A stretch of 64,000 bases of DNA from Eledone cirrhosa. Taxonomy: Eukaryota. The first letter of the stretch is position 1. Each line of letters opens with the position of its first letter. A model generated the notes under the pieces. It ran no database searches, was not told the DNA's origin, and saw only the letters and a list, made by a program, of their open reading frames with translations. The DNA lies in NCBI GenBank assembly GCA_964016885.1, contig OZ024740.1, forward strand, positions 190,588,001 to 190,652,000, given 5' to 3'. This document shows positions 28,841 through 45,559 of this stretch, one piece after another. The translations under genes were made by a program, and so were the position numbers.

Positions 28841-30190
28841 GTAAATAAAGTAACTAAATAAATAATAAATAAATAAATAAATAAATAAATATACAGATAA
28901 ATAGATAAATAGATGAATAATTCACGAACGTGTACGTGCAGCAGTTCATAACTGCACGTATGGAAACATGAGCAGGTATATACGTGAATTTGTGTGTGCG
29001 GCCACGGAACTTTACTCAGAGGCATACAACACAATATATAAGACCTGGATGGGAGGAAAGAAGGTAATAATGAGAGATAGAGGGGAGGAAAGAATGAGAG
29101 ATGTTGGGACGGAATTGGGATGGGGGAGGGCGGTGGGGTGGTGATATGTGGGGGGTCAGTGGAGGCCGGGGGGGGGTCTGTAGTTTTTGTAATTTGCATA
29201 GTTCTTGTGCATGCAATTGGGGGAGTGTTCCGAGATCTTGTTGAGGAGAGGGCCTTTGGCGAATAGAATCTCATAGCTCTCGGAGATACAGAGGTCACAG
29301 CAATTATGGCATCCCGTGTAGGATCGCGCTCTCTGGAGTAGTCTCCATTGGGTCTTGAAGGGGATGGAGTTCCTTTTAAGGTGCCAGATGTGGGCGGCGA
29401 CTGTAGTTTGGTTGGATTTGTCTGGGCGCCGTAACGAATGTGTGTGGGCGTACCAGCGAGTCTTAAAATGTTAGAAGTCATCCCGATGTACGAGTTTCTT
29501 TTTTCATCGGGGCCTGAGAGTACATCGCATATATATACGAGATCTTTTTTTAGACAGTTGTTGTTGAGAGGGCAGGTAGTCTTATCAGGGCAATTGCAAT
29601 TGCCATCGGTTTCTGTATGGGCTTCGGAAAAAGTAGACTTATTTAGCTTCTTGATGTTATTGTTGGCTAAGTTCCTAGCTAGATTAGGTGTGGTAGAGTA
29701 AGAGAGTCTAATGGTATTCTTATTAAGGATTGTATAGTACCTATGTTGGGTGGGGAAGTGTTTTTGTAAGAGAGTGAAGAAAATGTTAGCTACAGGTGTT
29801 GACACTTCGTGGTTGAAGGGGGGGGGGTTGTACCAGCTAATGTGCCTTCGCCTATTCTTCCTGGGTGGGCGTGGGGCTATACTAAGGTAGGTGATCTTAT
29901 CTCTAAAGCCGCTGCGGGCCAGGGCCTCGTTGTAATAGGGGGCTGCTGCTCTAAAGATATCTTCATTGGCGGCGAGGCTAGATATCCTAATGGAGACACT
30001 TTTCACTAGGTTGTCTAATATATTTTTGGGACGGTTAGAATTAACGTCTATATATCTAAGGGATTCATTAGGTTTGTGGTACGGGTAGTAAAGGGAAGTT
30101 TCTAAGTCGAGGGTGACGTCTAGGAAGTTAGCTTTAGTTGAGTTCGAATCTAAGGTAATCCTAAGGCCTAAGTTTTTAAAGAAGTTTTTA
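27500..30190 (-). mobile_element. 5'-truncated PLE: RT thumb, GIY-YIG, pLTR with HHR
   Basis: NFLDVTLDL..YYPYHKPN, WYNPPP, LSYSTTPN, CNC..CPLNNNC, LVYIC..SYIGMT (frameshift ~29460); HHR on minus at 27511-27561 (agcttc-CTGAAAA..GAAA-cag..ctg-TA-gaagct). Confidence 0.88.
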
Positions 30191-30194
30191 AAGA

Positions 30195-33807
<3,613 letters not shown>

Positions 33808-33945
33808 GTGTAATATAGAAAAGTCTTCTACATTACTAGAATTGTTTCATTCAAAGAAATCGTCGGGAAAGCTTTCGTCAGGATTTCTTTTCAAATCATG
33901 GTATGTGTGCGTATGTGGGAGTTTGTGTGTGTATGTGTGTGTATT

Positions 33946-33987
<42 letters not shown>

Positions 33988-33991
<4 letters not shown>

Positions 33992-35099
33992 CGATTTCAT
34001 CTCTTTACACTATACTTTCACTAGTGTAGGACACCTTGGTTATTTTTCATTTTGTAACAAAAAAAAACAAAAAAAAAACATCACTTACTAATATATATAT
34101 ATATATATTAGTAAGTGAGGTTCTTCTTTTTTTTAACCGAGGTGTCCTACACTAGTGAAAGTATTAAGAAAAAAAGATGAAATCGAAAATGCAGCTGGAG
34201 TCTTCTTTTTTAAAAAATATATATATTTATTTGATTCCTTTACCGGTTTCGAGTACTTCTGCTTTTCAAAAGTAGAGTTGAGATGGAGGGTCTGTGGTTT
34301 TTCTCACATCTGGTTGGTCTTTGAATGTTACTTGTGTAATATGGAAAAAAGTGGCTGGAAACGCCAGGTTTTTAGAGAGGCATATTTGATTGGTTGGTCA
34401 ATAAGTATAATATATTTCGCGCCAGTTCGCTTTACAAAGTTCTTCAAACAGGAGGGGTGGGGGGGGGGGGGGTCAGGTTGTTTTTTCATATATGAGTGTT
34501 TGAATTTGTTTTTACTTAAAAAAATGGGCTCACGAAGGATTTTTTTTACAAATGTAATTTGATTGGTTATAAATGAAATTAACCCTGTCACGTGAACAAG
34601 TTCATTAAATTTCGCGCCGGTATTTTGGAATTTATTTTGTAGCCTTTTAGAGAATTTTATGACAAACAAAACATGATGGTCAAGAGAAATGAGATGGGAG
34701 AATTGTTCTGGTTCAGTGAATATAGCAGGTTGTTTTTCATATATGAGTGAAGTTTGATTGGTTGATGTAGTCAAGTGAATAAATATATCAGCTTTCGCGT
34801 AAGTTTTACTTTAAAAAAAGTGGCTCAAGAAGGCTTTTTTTAAATAAATATAATTTGATTGGTTATGAATGAAATTAAAGCTGTCGCGTGAACAATTTCA
34901 TTAAATTACGCGCCCGTATTTGGACATTTATTTTGAAGCCTTTTAGAGAATGTTATGACAAGCAAAAGATAATGGTCAAGAGAAATGGGATGGGAGAATT
35001 ATTCTGGTTCAGTGAATATTTGTTAGTTCGCTGGGGTGTCAGAATTCAGATTTTCTATTGAAATAAAGAAAGTAAAGATATGTATGTCTATTTGTGTGC

Positions 35100-35140
<41 letters not shown>

Positions 35141-37277
35141 TGTATAGGAAGATGATTCTATTAGTAGAAATGGGGGAGGGAGTTGTGTGTGTGTGTGTAT
35201 GTGTATATGGTTAATATGTGTGTGTATGTGGGAGTATGTTAAGATGGAGAGAATATATATATTTTGTGTGTGTGTATATGTGTGTAGGAAAGTGATTCTA
35301 TTAGTAGAAATGGGGGACGGAGTTGTTATGTGGGTGGAGGTGTTATGTGTGTTTGGGAGTATGGTTATCATGTTAAGATGAAGATAATATATATTGTGTA
35401 TGTATGTGTATGTAGAAAAATGCTTCCGTTAGTAGGAATATTTTTGAATGAACATATTTTCCTTACTTATTCGTATTTGTTCTGTTGTATTGTCAGCGCA
35501 AACGTATTTTAAGGTTTATTTAGTTCGTGTTTTTATTTTCTAAAGTAGCAGGTGTTATGTGTGTGTATGTGTCTGTTTGGATGGTTAGCATGTTATGGTG
35601 TTGACATAATGTATATTAAACCATATTTAATGCTGGTCTATATTTTTGAATAAACATATTTTCCTTATTTATTCGTATTTATTCTGTTGTATTATCAGCG
35701 CAAAGGTAAAATGGGAAGACTTGGAATTTGGGTGTCTTATTACTTGCGCATATGTCTAGATTTGCGATTAGTGGTATCTGTCTCGTGGTTGGATCTCGTA
35801 ATTGTTGGCGATGAACTGTCATTCTGTTTCTGAGTGTGAGTTTAGTTTGTCCTATATAATCTTCATTGCATCCTTTTCATTTAATGGCTTAATCTAGATT
35901 TGTTGATGAGCAAGTGAAGTGATTTTGTTACAGCAAAATGTTGTCCTGATTTAAATGTATACTTGTTTCAGTAGTGGTATGTTCTTGTGAATAGTGTTGT
36001 AAGCCTCCGCATTTCTTTGGTTGTGTGTTGAGATATATGATAGAATATTGGACGTACATTGAATGTGTTTCTGTTTTCGTAATTCATCAATGTCTATTGC
36101 TTTAGCCCTTTCTATTCCATTATTTATTAGTAATTTCGAGTAGAATTTCCTTTAATTCTTGAAGTCTTTTATTTCGCGTTTCATAATTGGAGACAATTGT
36201 GCAAATTCTTCTTGCTAGGTTAAAAGGAATGTTCGTCTTCGTGTGCTTTGGATGGTTGGAGGTGAATAGCAGGTATTTTTTGGAATCTGTTGGTTTATAG
36301 TGTATGACAGTTTCAATATTTGTGTCTTTTTTTAAGATTAAGATGTCCAGAAATGGGAGTTGATCTTGGCTGTATTCCATTGTGAATTGGATGTGGATGT
36401 GGATGCCGTTTATTAAGTTTTTAAAATTATTCAGTTGGTCGAGTGTGTGGGACCAAATAATGAGCCAAGTAGCATTTCCAACTCTCTGATAAATATTTGT
36501 GGAAGTTTAATCCATATTTTGATTTGGACTGTTCATATATCTTGACTTCTAAGTATGCCATGACTAAGTGGGCATAAATTGCAGCGGATTTTGTACCCAT
36601 CGCAGTCCCCGATATTTGCTTGTAAGTACTGCCATCGAAATCAAAAAGGTTGTTCTGTAAGATACATTTTAATCCCTCGGTGATGAAGCTTTTTTCTATT
36701 CTGCCAGGTATCTCCTTGGGATATTTCTCTAGCCAGAATCATATTGCTTCTAGTCCGTATTGGTGTGTCATCGTTGTGTAGAGATTCACTAGATCGAAAG
36801 ACACAATAATAGTGTCGTTGTTGACATGTTTGGGGAGGTGGTTTAAGAGGTCCAGATCGTCTCTTACAAGGCTTGGTATGTGTTTGAGAATTGTGTTTTG
36901 TAGTATGTCTATACATTTGCTCAGTCTGTGTGTTTCACATTGTGGGCCCGCTACAATTGGTCTTGATTTAAGGTATGTGGGGTATTGTGTGTTCACGCAG
37001 GCTGAGGTGGATTGTTTACAGGCATCGTTAATTATTTTACACTTGTGGATCTTCGGAAGTCCGTAAAGGTTGCTGGTTTTGTATTCAAAATTTGTTAAAT
37101 AATCGCGTTCCTTTTTAGTTGTCTTCCTGGTATCGACAAATCAGTGTGGTAATTTTTTTTATTGCTGGTAGTTTTTTTACTCTTTCATAGTAATTATTAT
37201 TTTGTAAGAGAGAGAACATAGAATGTTTATATCTTTCAGCATCCATAATGACAACAGTACTTCTCTTGTCAGCTACA
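33988..37277 (-). mobile_element. Degenerate PLE (RT + GIY-YIG + pLTR)
   Basis: ADKRSTVVIMD, SRPIVAGPQCET, SFDLVNLYT, GTAMGTK, LPFLDIL, HPKHTK..LARRI, YIGQTKLTLRNRMTVH; ~250-300 bp tandem duplication 34474-35020; U3:A8 HHR at 34235-34275; terminal foldback 33988-34190. Confidence 0.88.
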
Positions 37278-37341
37278 TTAATTATAATGTCCGTATTGTT
37301 TTTTTATTTCATGGATAATAAACCACGATGAACTGAAGAAA

Positions 37342-38691
37342 ATGATTGCACATGCGGTAGGGGCCAGCATAAAATTAACCCTTAAGGAACATATGTTCAA
37401 ATTTAATGGTAAAACATATGCCCAAGAGGAAGGAGCAGCCATTGGTGTTAGCATTGCAGGCGACATAGCTAACGTATTCATGGTATGGTGGGACAGTAGA
37501 CTTAAACAAAAACTTAATGAACAATTAGAAGACAGCTTAACCCTGATAATGTACTCCCGCTACGTAGATGATATAAACATCGTAGTTAAGACACCCCCAC
37601 TAAAGAACAGTCAGGAACTAGAGAAAAACACAATGGAAAGCATCCAGCAAATAGCAAACTCCATCCACCAGAGCATTAGAGTTACTATAGACTACCCAAG
37701 TAGACACCCCAACCATCGATTACCTGTACTAGACACAGAGCTCTGGTTAGATACAATTAACAACCAAAAACAAATCCTCCATTCCCATTATGCCAAACCC
37801 ATGACTTCCAAACATCTGATCCACCGAAACTCGGCCATTTCGGACCATACCAAAATCAACATACTGATTGCGGATTTGGTACGGGTGATGAGAAATGTGT
37901 CCCGCATGTGCAACCCCGAAGAACTAGAGAGACACATACAACACTTCATCCACCGTATGCAGTTCTCTGGCTACAATCAGAGAGATAGAATCAGAGTGTA
38001 TAAAGGAGCCAGAACCAAATGGGAAAAAATGGTAAATAATGACATAAATGGGACCTGCCCCTTGTATAGGAGCAAATTTTGGAATAGAATAGAAAGAACT
38101 AAGAACAAGGCCAATAGAATAAACTCATGGTATGATAGCAATAAATACCAGAGTGTAATGTTCATCAATACAACCCCTAGAGGCGAACTAGCCTACAAAT
38201 TTAGAAGGGCCCTAAAGAAACATAATCTCAATATTAAGATAGTAGAAAGACCTGGTACCTCCGTAAAAACACTTATTAGCAAGACATACCCGTTCCAAAG
38301 TCCCTCATGTATAGATAAGAAATGTATAACCTGTAAAATAAGCCCCCATATTAACTGTAAAACTAGAAATGTAGTATATAGCATAAGATGTACTGAAGGA
38401 CAATGTAGAAACAAAAATATAGTGTACATAGGTGAGACAGCTTGTAGTATAGGGGAACGAATAAATGAACACTGGCAAGACCTCCAAGATAATAAAGAAT
38501 CATCTGTGCTCTACCAACATGCTAAGATAGAACACAGGGGTAAATTAGAGAGCATAGAAATAAAAATAGAATCCACACACAAGAAAGACGCAATGTTTAG
38601 GCAAATTACAGAGGCAGTAAGCATAAAAGAATTAAAACCAAAATTAAATAGAAAATATGAGTGGAACAGCAACATCACAACTTACAATTAA
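37342..38691 (+). CDS. PLE RT (C-terminal half) + GIY-YIG endonuclease, uninterrupted 449 aa, N-terminally truncated
   Basis: YAQEEGAAIG, YSRYVDD, LPVLD, CxxxxCxxC linker, VVYSIRC..VYIGET..ERINEH, RQITEA, LNRK. Confidence 0.88.
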   Translation: MIAHAVGASIKLTLKEHMFKFNGKTYAQEEGAAIGVSIAGDIANVFMVWWDSRLKQKLNEQLEDSLTLIMYSRYVDDINIVVKTPPLKNSQELEKNTMESIQQIANSIHQSIRVTIDYPSRHPNHRLPVLDTELWLDTINNQKQILHSHYAKPMTSKHLIHRNSAISDHTKINILIADLVRVMRNVSRMCNPEELERHIQHFIHRMQFSGYNQRDRIRVYKGARTKWEKMVNNDINGTCPLYRSKFWNRIERTKNKANRINSWYDSNKYQSVMFINTTPRGELAYKFRRALKKHNLNIKIVERPGTSVKTLISKTYPFQSPSCIDKKCITCKISPHINCKTRNVVYSIRCTEGQCRNKNIVYIGETACSIGERINEHWQDLQDNKESSVLYQHAKIEHRGKLESIEIKIESTHKKDAMFRQITEAVSIKELKPKLNRKYEWNSNITTYN

Positions 38692-38996
38692 GGACAAAAT
38701 GAAAACACACACACACATAGAACAAACAACTTACAATTGAAAACACACACAAAATGAAAACACACACAAGACAAAATGAAAACACACACACACATAGAAC
38801 AAACAACCAACCACCAATAAATAAATAAATAAACAAACAAATAGAAAAATATAAATAGAAAAATAGAAAAATGAACACAAACACACACAGACACCCGGAT
38901 GTGGCGCATGCGCAAACTGAGCACGCAACCCACACACAAACAAAATGGCGTAGGATAGAAGAAAGGAAAGGCACAGAAACGAAGAAAGAAATCCCC

Positions 38997-39042
38997 AGTC
39001 ACTGATGAGGTCACAGAGTGTGTGACGAAAGAACTATGACTA
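38997..39042 (+). ncRNA. Intact minimal type I hammerhead ribozyme in pLTR
   Basis: agtca-CTGATGA-g gtcac agagtgt gtgac-GAAA-gaac-TA-tgact. Confidence 0.85.
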
Positions 39043-39192
39043 TATATATATAAACAACTATCTGGTTGTGGAACCAACCAACCAACCAGAAATTTATAAA
39101 TTTGTAAATTTATAAATATATAATAAATTAAATTGAAGTGAAAGCAACTGGTGCGTGTGTTTCTTATTGGCAACATGACCCTCCCAAAGTAT

Positions 39193-39267
<75 letters not shown>

Positions 39268-39269
<2 letters not shown>

Positions 39270-42200
39270 AGTCTGGTAAATAAATAGCCGAACTTTTGAA
39301 GGGTACTTCCTTATATGGAAAGATTTTAGTTGTCAAGGGGATTGGTCAAAATATGTAGCGGACACAGAAAAGCCTATCATGTCAGTGATGCGGGGTGGGG
39401 ATGGCCTAACTTTCCTGTAGAACTATAGGGGAGTGGGTAGAGCCGTTCAAGCGTTGAAGGTGTAATCTACACGGCAAATTCTAAGGAATGTGTATGAAAG
39501 TAGGCCAGAGGAGGTTGGCGAAAAAGGTATCTTTAGAAAGTGGGGAGGGGCGTTATAAAAATAGTAAATGAAATGCGATTAGGGGACGAAGCAAAAATAT
39601 AATAACAAATGAGAGAAAGATGTAACAGAAAGTAAGTTTGGCAATTGAGAAATGAAATAAGGAGTCTAACCGGGATGCTATATTTCGGCCAAAGCCACAG
39701 AATGAGTTGCTAGATTAGAATAATTGAAAATTTCAAAATCAAAATTAAAAATCAATACCACATATATGGGATCTAACACAGCTGCTATGAATAGTTAGTA
39801 TAGCGTAATCGGCGAATTCTATCTGTAAGTTACTGGGGTGGGGGTACTGAGGCTAAAGAGGCCCGATGGGCTGCCTCGGTGTAGGTGAAAGTGGGGAAAA
39901 ACAAAGAAACGAATGAGGAAGAAGTTCGGTGGTGGAAAGAAGTGATAGGCGGAGACAAAAGGAAGAAGAAAACATGGAAGAAAAGAAAAGAGGTACATCT
40001 ACCTATATCAATAGTGATTTACCCTATCTTATTCGGCATGTGGGGAGTTCTAGCTCCTATCTCCGTAGTTGAGCACTGGTGCGGGTGAAAAAACTTGAGC
40101 TGGGCGGAAACGTCTGGATAAGGCGTGGTAGGGTCGGAAAGTGCTCAACTACGGAGATAGGAGCTAGATAACGAAGGAATTGTGGTAAGGAAGCAGATAG
40201 ACCATAACGCACCAAAGTACTCAATACTTAAGGTAGTAGAGTGGGTAATAGGAACAAGTATGACCCCGGCGAAAACACAACATCGACTTCTCCACCAAGA
40301 ACATCCCAATTCCACCGAGACAACTTTACCTTTGGATGCTCACGCAACAAATCGACCTCTTTGCGAAAAGACTAAGATGGAGAACTTTTTTCTACGACAG
40401 ATACCGCGACAATCAGGACTTCGAAACCAAGGAGAGATTCGGATTTAATAACTACAAATATCCCCCTCCGAACCCTATGCTCTCAACCTTCGAGAACGAC
40501 CTTTTCCAACTGGTCAAGAGCATTAAATTCAAACCCAGACACAACACAATCCTACAAAAACTCCGGAGCAAATTAACAGAGTATGAAAACACCAACGACA
40601 TCATGGTGCACTCGGACAAAACTGGAAACATCTACTTCGTCAACCCCGACAGATACCACACACTGATTAGGAGCAGCCTAAACTCCACCTATAAAAAGGC
40701 TAACCATTCAAGTATCGAGAACATACATCGAGATGGACAACAAATTACCTCCAGTCTCGGGGTCGCCGACCGCACTGAACCCGTAGACCCACGGACTCCC
40801 TACTTCGCACTGAAGGACCACAAATCCGACTTCGAACGTAAACCATCCATCAGGCTTATAGTAAACAAAATCAGTAAACAAATCCTAGACCACATTATAC
40901 CAAAAGTTAAACAAAACGCGAGACTTAGTCTATGGGTCAAAACCCAGGAAGTAATCTCATGGTTCAGCAATATGGAGGACAAACGAGACACAAAATTCAT
41001 CCAGTTTGACATAGAGAGTTACTATGCATCAATTACCTTACCGCTTCTTACGGCCGTCTTGGACTTTGCCGAAACACTCACGCCCATCACCGACCAGGAA
41101 AGAAATATCCTCCTCCTCGCCAGGAAAACAGTCCTACTTTTCGACAACTCCAAATGGATAAAGAGAGCTCCTGACTCCCCCTTCGACGTCAGTGTGGGCG
41201 CGACTGATTCGGCGGAGGTCACAGATCTTATAGGATTATTCCTACTATTTAAACTCACCGAAATGTTTCCTGCATTCGGGGGTGGATGGTACCGCGATGA
41301 TGGGCTCCTCACCCACAAAGGGTATAACCCCAGTAGTACAGAGCGGGTCCGTAAACAACTAATCAGCTTCTTCCGGGACTGGGGATTTAAAATAAATCTA
41401 CAAACATCCCTAACCCGGGTAAACTTCCTGGACGTTACAGTTAACCTCGATAATAATCTGTACTACCCATACAGGAAACGAAAAGACAACCTGCATTACA
41501 TCCACCGCCGCTCGAACCATCCTAGAAACATCACCAATAACCTGGTTAAAAACATCTCACTCCGCATATCTCGTTTGTCATTCGACGAACAATTCGACAA
41601 TTCGACAACCAGGCCCTCAAGCGAATGACTTACGGGAGGAAATATCCTATTATCCAGCTTCCATTAGTGGAACCAGCAGGCAACACCGCCGCTCACGCAA
41701 CGCAACGTGGTTCAATCCTCCCCACAATGCCGAGGTGACAACACCTATCGGGAATATCTTCTTTAGGCCCCTCGAAAAACACTTCCCACTACAACACCGC
41801 TACCACAACATAATCAACAAAAACGCCATCAAACTCTCCTACAGCACCACACCTAACTTCGCACAAAACATCGTCTCCTCTAACAACAAAAAACTCAAAC
41901 CCTATGGAAGAAATAACCTAGACACCGGTGGAGAGCCGACCAGGAGTTGTAACTGTCCTGATAGATCCAATGTGCCCCCTCAACAACAGATGCCGAGATC
42001 GTAATGTGATCTACCCGTGCAACGTGAGGACGGACACCTCCAACAAAGCTTATATAGGATTAACCACATGTGAATTCAAGACCCGGCTCTACCAACACCG
42101 ACATACTTTCCGAAACCCGGCCCGGCGATGTGCCACTACACTTTCAGGCCACATCTGGGACCTCGAAAATAATAATATAACCTACAATCTCACTTTGAGC

Positions 42201-43450
42201 TTACTGTCCAGAGCTATCTCTTACAAGGGAGGACACCGTCCGTGTAACTTATGCTCGGAGGAAACATTAGAAATGTTGTTTTCGAAGGACCAACTCCTAA
42301 ACAAGAAAGACGAACGGGTAACCGCATGCAAACACATATTGCGTAGGACGTACCTCGCCCTCAAACCCCATAATGTCGCGCGGGGGGGGGGGGGGATTAG
42401 ACCTCCCACTTGCCGATTTTGTCAGGGGTAACCCCTGCTCACATAGGTAGACGTAACTTTTTCTCTTTTCCTTTATGTTTCCTTCTTCCCCCTATCTCTT
42501 CCTAGTCCTTAAACCCCAGATCTCCTTCCTCGTCTTTTGTTTCACCTTTCCCCTACCTCGATGCAGCCTATCGGTCCTTTGTAGCCTCAGTAACCCATCC
42601 CCCCTAATTGTAAGATAGAATTGGCCGATTACGCTTTTTATAGCAGATGTGTTACACCCCAGTAATTTTTTTTCTTTCTGGCTCCTGCTCTATTTCTGTG
42701 GTTTCTAATTTTCTTAGTGGTAATTTTGTATTTGTATTTTTGTATTAGTATTTGTGTATTAATATTTTATATTAGTATTTTTGTAGTAGTATTTTAGTAT
42801 TTTTGTTCTCAACTTATTAACCTGTGTAATATAGCATTGGCTGATTACTAAATATCTATAGCAGTGGTGTTAGACCACCTGTAAAGCCGGCTTTATAAAA
42901 TTCCTTCACTACTATCTAGTATTTAGTATTGCTCCGATTCTCCCCCTATTAAACTTTTCTATAGCTTAGCAATGCCAATGAGAAGTTTGGAGATTGTGGA
43001 TATGGCTGAGTAACCAGAAATTGTTTTTTATATATTTATTTCATTATTTTTATAATGGTTGTTTTTACACCCTTTCGATTTACCTATTCTTTCAACTCCC
43101 CCCCCCCCGTCCTTCCTCTACTCCAGTACACTTTATTCGACCTTTTATACACTATCCTTACAATCTGCTGTATAGATTTCACTTTCAACGCTTGACTGGG
43201 TTTCCCCCACTCCCTCTTTTGTCTACCGGCAAGTTCAGCCACACTACCTCCCACCAAATGCCATGATACATTCATCTCTCTTTACAACAAACTTTTGACC
43301 AATCCTCTCGAGAATTACTTTCTTCCCAAATCAGGAAATACCCCCTGAGACGTTCGGCTATTTATTTACCAGGCTAAAAATTCTTGTTTAGTCCAGAAAT
43401 AGCTGTCGAAACGGCTTGAGCTCTGCCGTCGGAGTCATACTTGTTCCTAT
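39268..43450 (+). mobile_element. Nearly complete PLE with inverted 5' pLTR segments
   Basis: 39268-40005 is the reverse complement of 42440-43380; RT and GIY-YIG ORFs 40336-42431; pLTR 42430-43450; (TA)n flanks. Confidence 0.92.
40336..42431 (+). pseudogene. PLE RT + GIY-YIG, frameshifted (~41600, ~41965)
   Basis: SDKTGNIY, LKDHK..PSIRLI, QFDIESYY, FDVSVGATDSAE, YRDDGL, NFLDV, LSYSTTPN, CPLNNRC, VIY..AYIGLT, CNLCSEE. Confidence 0.9.
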
Positions 43451-43464
43451 ATATATATATATAT

Positions 43465-43695
43465 TATAAAGTGAGGTTTATTTTACAAAAGGGAAAAATA
43501 CGAGGTGTCCTACACGAATGAAAGTATAAGGAAAAAAGATGACATCGAAAATGCAACTGGAGTCTTTTTTCTTTTAATATATTTATTTGGTTCCCTTACA
43601 GGTTTCGCAGTTCTCGTGCTTTTTCAAAAGTAGAATTGAGATGGAGGGTTTGTGGCTTTTTGAACTGCGAAACCGGTAAAGGAACCAAATAAAAC
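43465..43695 (-). repeat. pLTR tip of the 33988-37277 family with short foldback
   Basis: Homologous to 34110-34300; 43583-43612 inverted at 43661-43692. Confidence 0.75.
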
Positions 43696-45181
43696 TAATT
43701 AACCAAGAAAGGATTTAAGGTTTCAGGAAAATACAATTACCTCTGGTTTACAATATTAAACACATTTGTTTCAATGATATATCTCTAAATATAATTGAAG
43801 TATACCAATTCGACACCCTATACCTTTCACCAAAATGCATGAGAATCAATAACTATTAACAGAAAGCCTACTGTTTACAATTTACTTTAAATACATTGTC
43901 CTTTCGGAAATTCACTCGGTATGTCAAGTACAGCCTGAGATAATTTTAAAATAGTTACTTACAAATCAGACAATGCATGAAAGGAAGTTAAACAAATTGT
44001 AGGATCGATGCCTATTTTAAGTTAGGTTGTCAACAATATAATTGAATTCAGCTTTAACAATGCTGTAAATAAAAATATAAAGCTTGACATATTTCTGCAG
44101 AAAATAAGTTTAATCGAGAAAGTGACAGTTCCTTCCAATGCAACGTTGCTTCTGGCCATTTAAAAACAGTCAGCATAATACGAAGCAATATACATAAAAA
44201 ATGTGTTTTATTTGTCTTCCTACTTTAATTATGGAGTTTATTTTAAGAAAAAGGCTGTGCTTATGTTTATGCTATACCTTCATGTTATACATTCGGATAC
44301 TATTTGAATGTTGCGGTATATCTTCATATTATTATTTACAAGATAGATAAACGGTCCCTGACAATAAAGGCACATTGTCAGGGACGGTTTTCCATGGATA
44401 ATATTTATAGGGAGGAAACGCTGAGTGGTGAAAGTGTAGCGGAGAGGGTAGGGCTGCTAATATATTATGTTTACATAGAATTATTAGTGTGAGGGTAAAA
44501 AAAGCCAGGTCGAAAAGAAGGCAGCGGTAATTATTACAGCATTATAAATGTCACCGCATTTGTCGAACTCTAATCTGTACACGCTAATACAGATTAGAGT
44601 GTGACAAATGCAGAAATGTCTACATAGGTAGCACCACCAGACTTACACCTCCACGCACCATTTCACACACGCACGAACAATGCACGCTTACACCTTCACT
44701 TATTCTCTCTCACACACATACACATACCTAGACCAGTTATAACATGATCATGTAGCCCCCACATTTACATATAAACATATCCTCTCACACTCACACACAC
44801 AGACACGCATGCTTACACGTATTCTCCCGCACACACTTAGACATACATATCCAAACACTTTTAAAGGGAGACAACCCCTTTATCCACCTAACCTTCACTC
44901 TTTGACACTAGAAATACAATGGAATTTCTATACTATTTCCTGTCAGTATGACTTGGCAAGCCAATTAGAACACTGGATTAACCCCTTTACTTCCCTCCGA
45001 AGAAGAGATATTATCTCGAAAATTAAGGATATTCAAATAAATTTAAGGTAAAAGATTAATTGTCAGCAATATCTTTTGCATTTGTATTTATATTCTATAT
45101 CCATAACTGCATCGTTCAGGCCTTCTAGCTCCAAACGTTTATACCTCACTACGCAATGCTTCAAGTAAACTACAATTTCCT

Positions 45182-45220
<39 letters not shown>

Positions 45221-45559
45221 ATATTATAACATCATTGACAAAGTAAATGGTGGACATACCTCTATGAATTCGATTAATTTAAACAATACTATTCCCACTC
45301 CCAGGCGATTGATTTGTGTGTAATACTGCTTTTGATCTGTACATAATTAACTTCGTTCAGACCTTAGGCATAATTCTTTTCTTTGACTTTCCCACGAACG
45401 TCGTCTTCAAACAACGGCCGGTTCTTAACTGAAATCCCCGTTGTAAGATCAGGTGCTTTACTGGAAGAAGCTGCTATCAACTGCTACACTGTAGAGTCAG
45501 TGGCATAAACATTCCCATTGGATATATGTTACACAGCATCTGATGAAGTGTTGTATATC

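Larger units (their letters stand above)
37278..39197 (+). mobile_element. 5'-truncated PLE with complete pLTR
   Basis: Open RT-GIY-YIG ORF followed by pLTR with intact HHR, ending at (TA)n. Confidence 0.92.
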
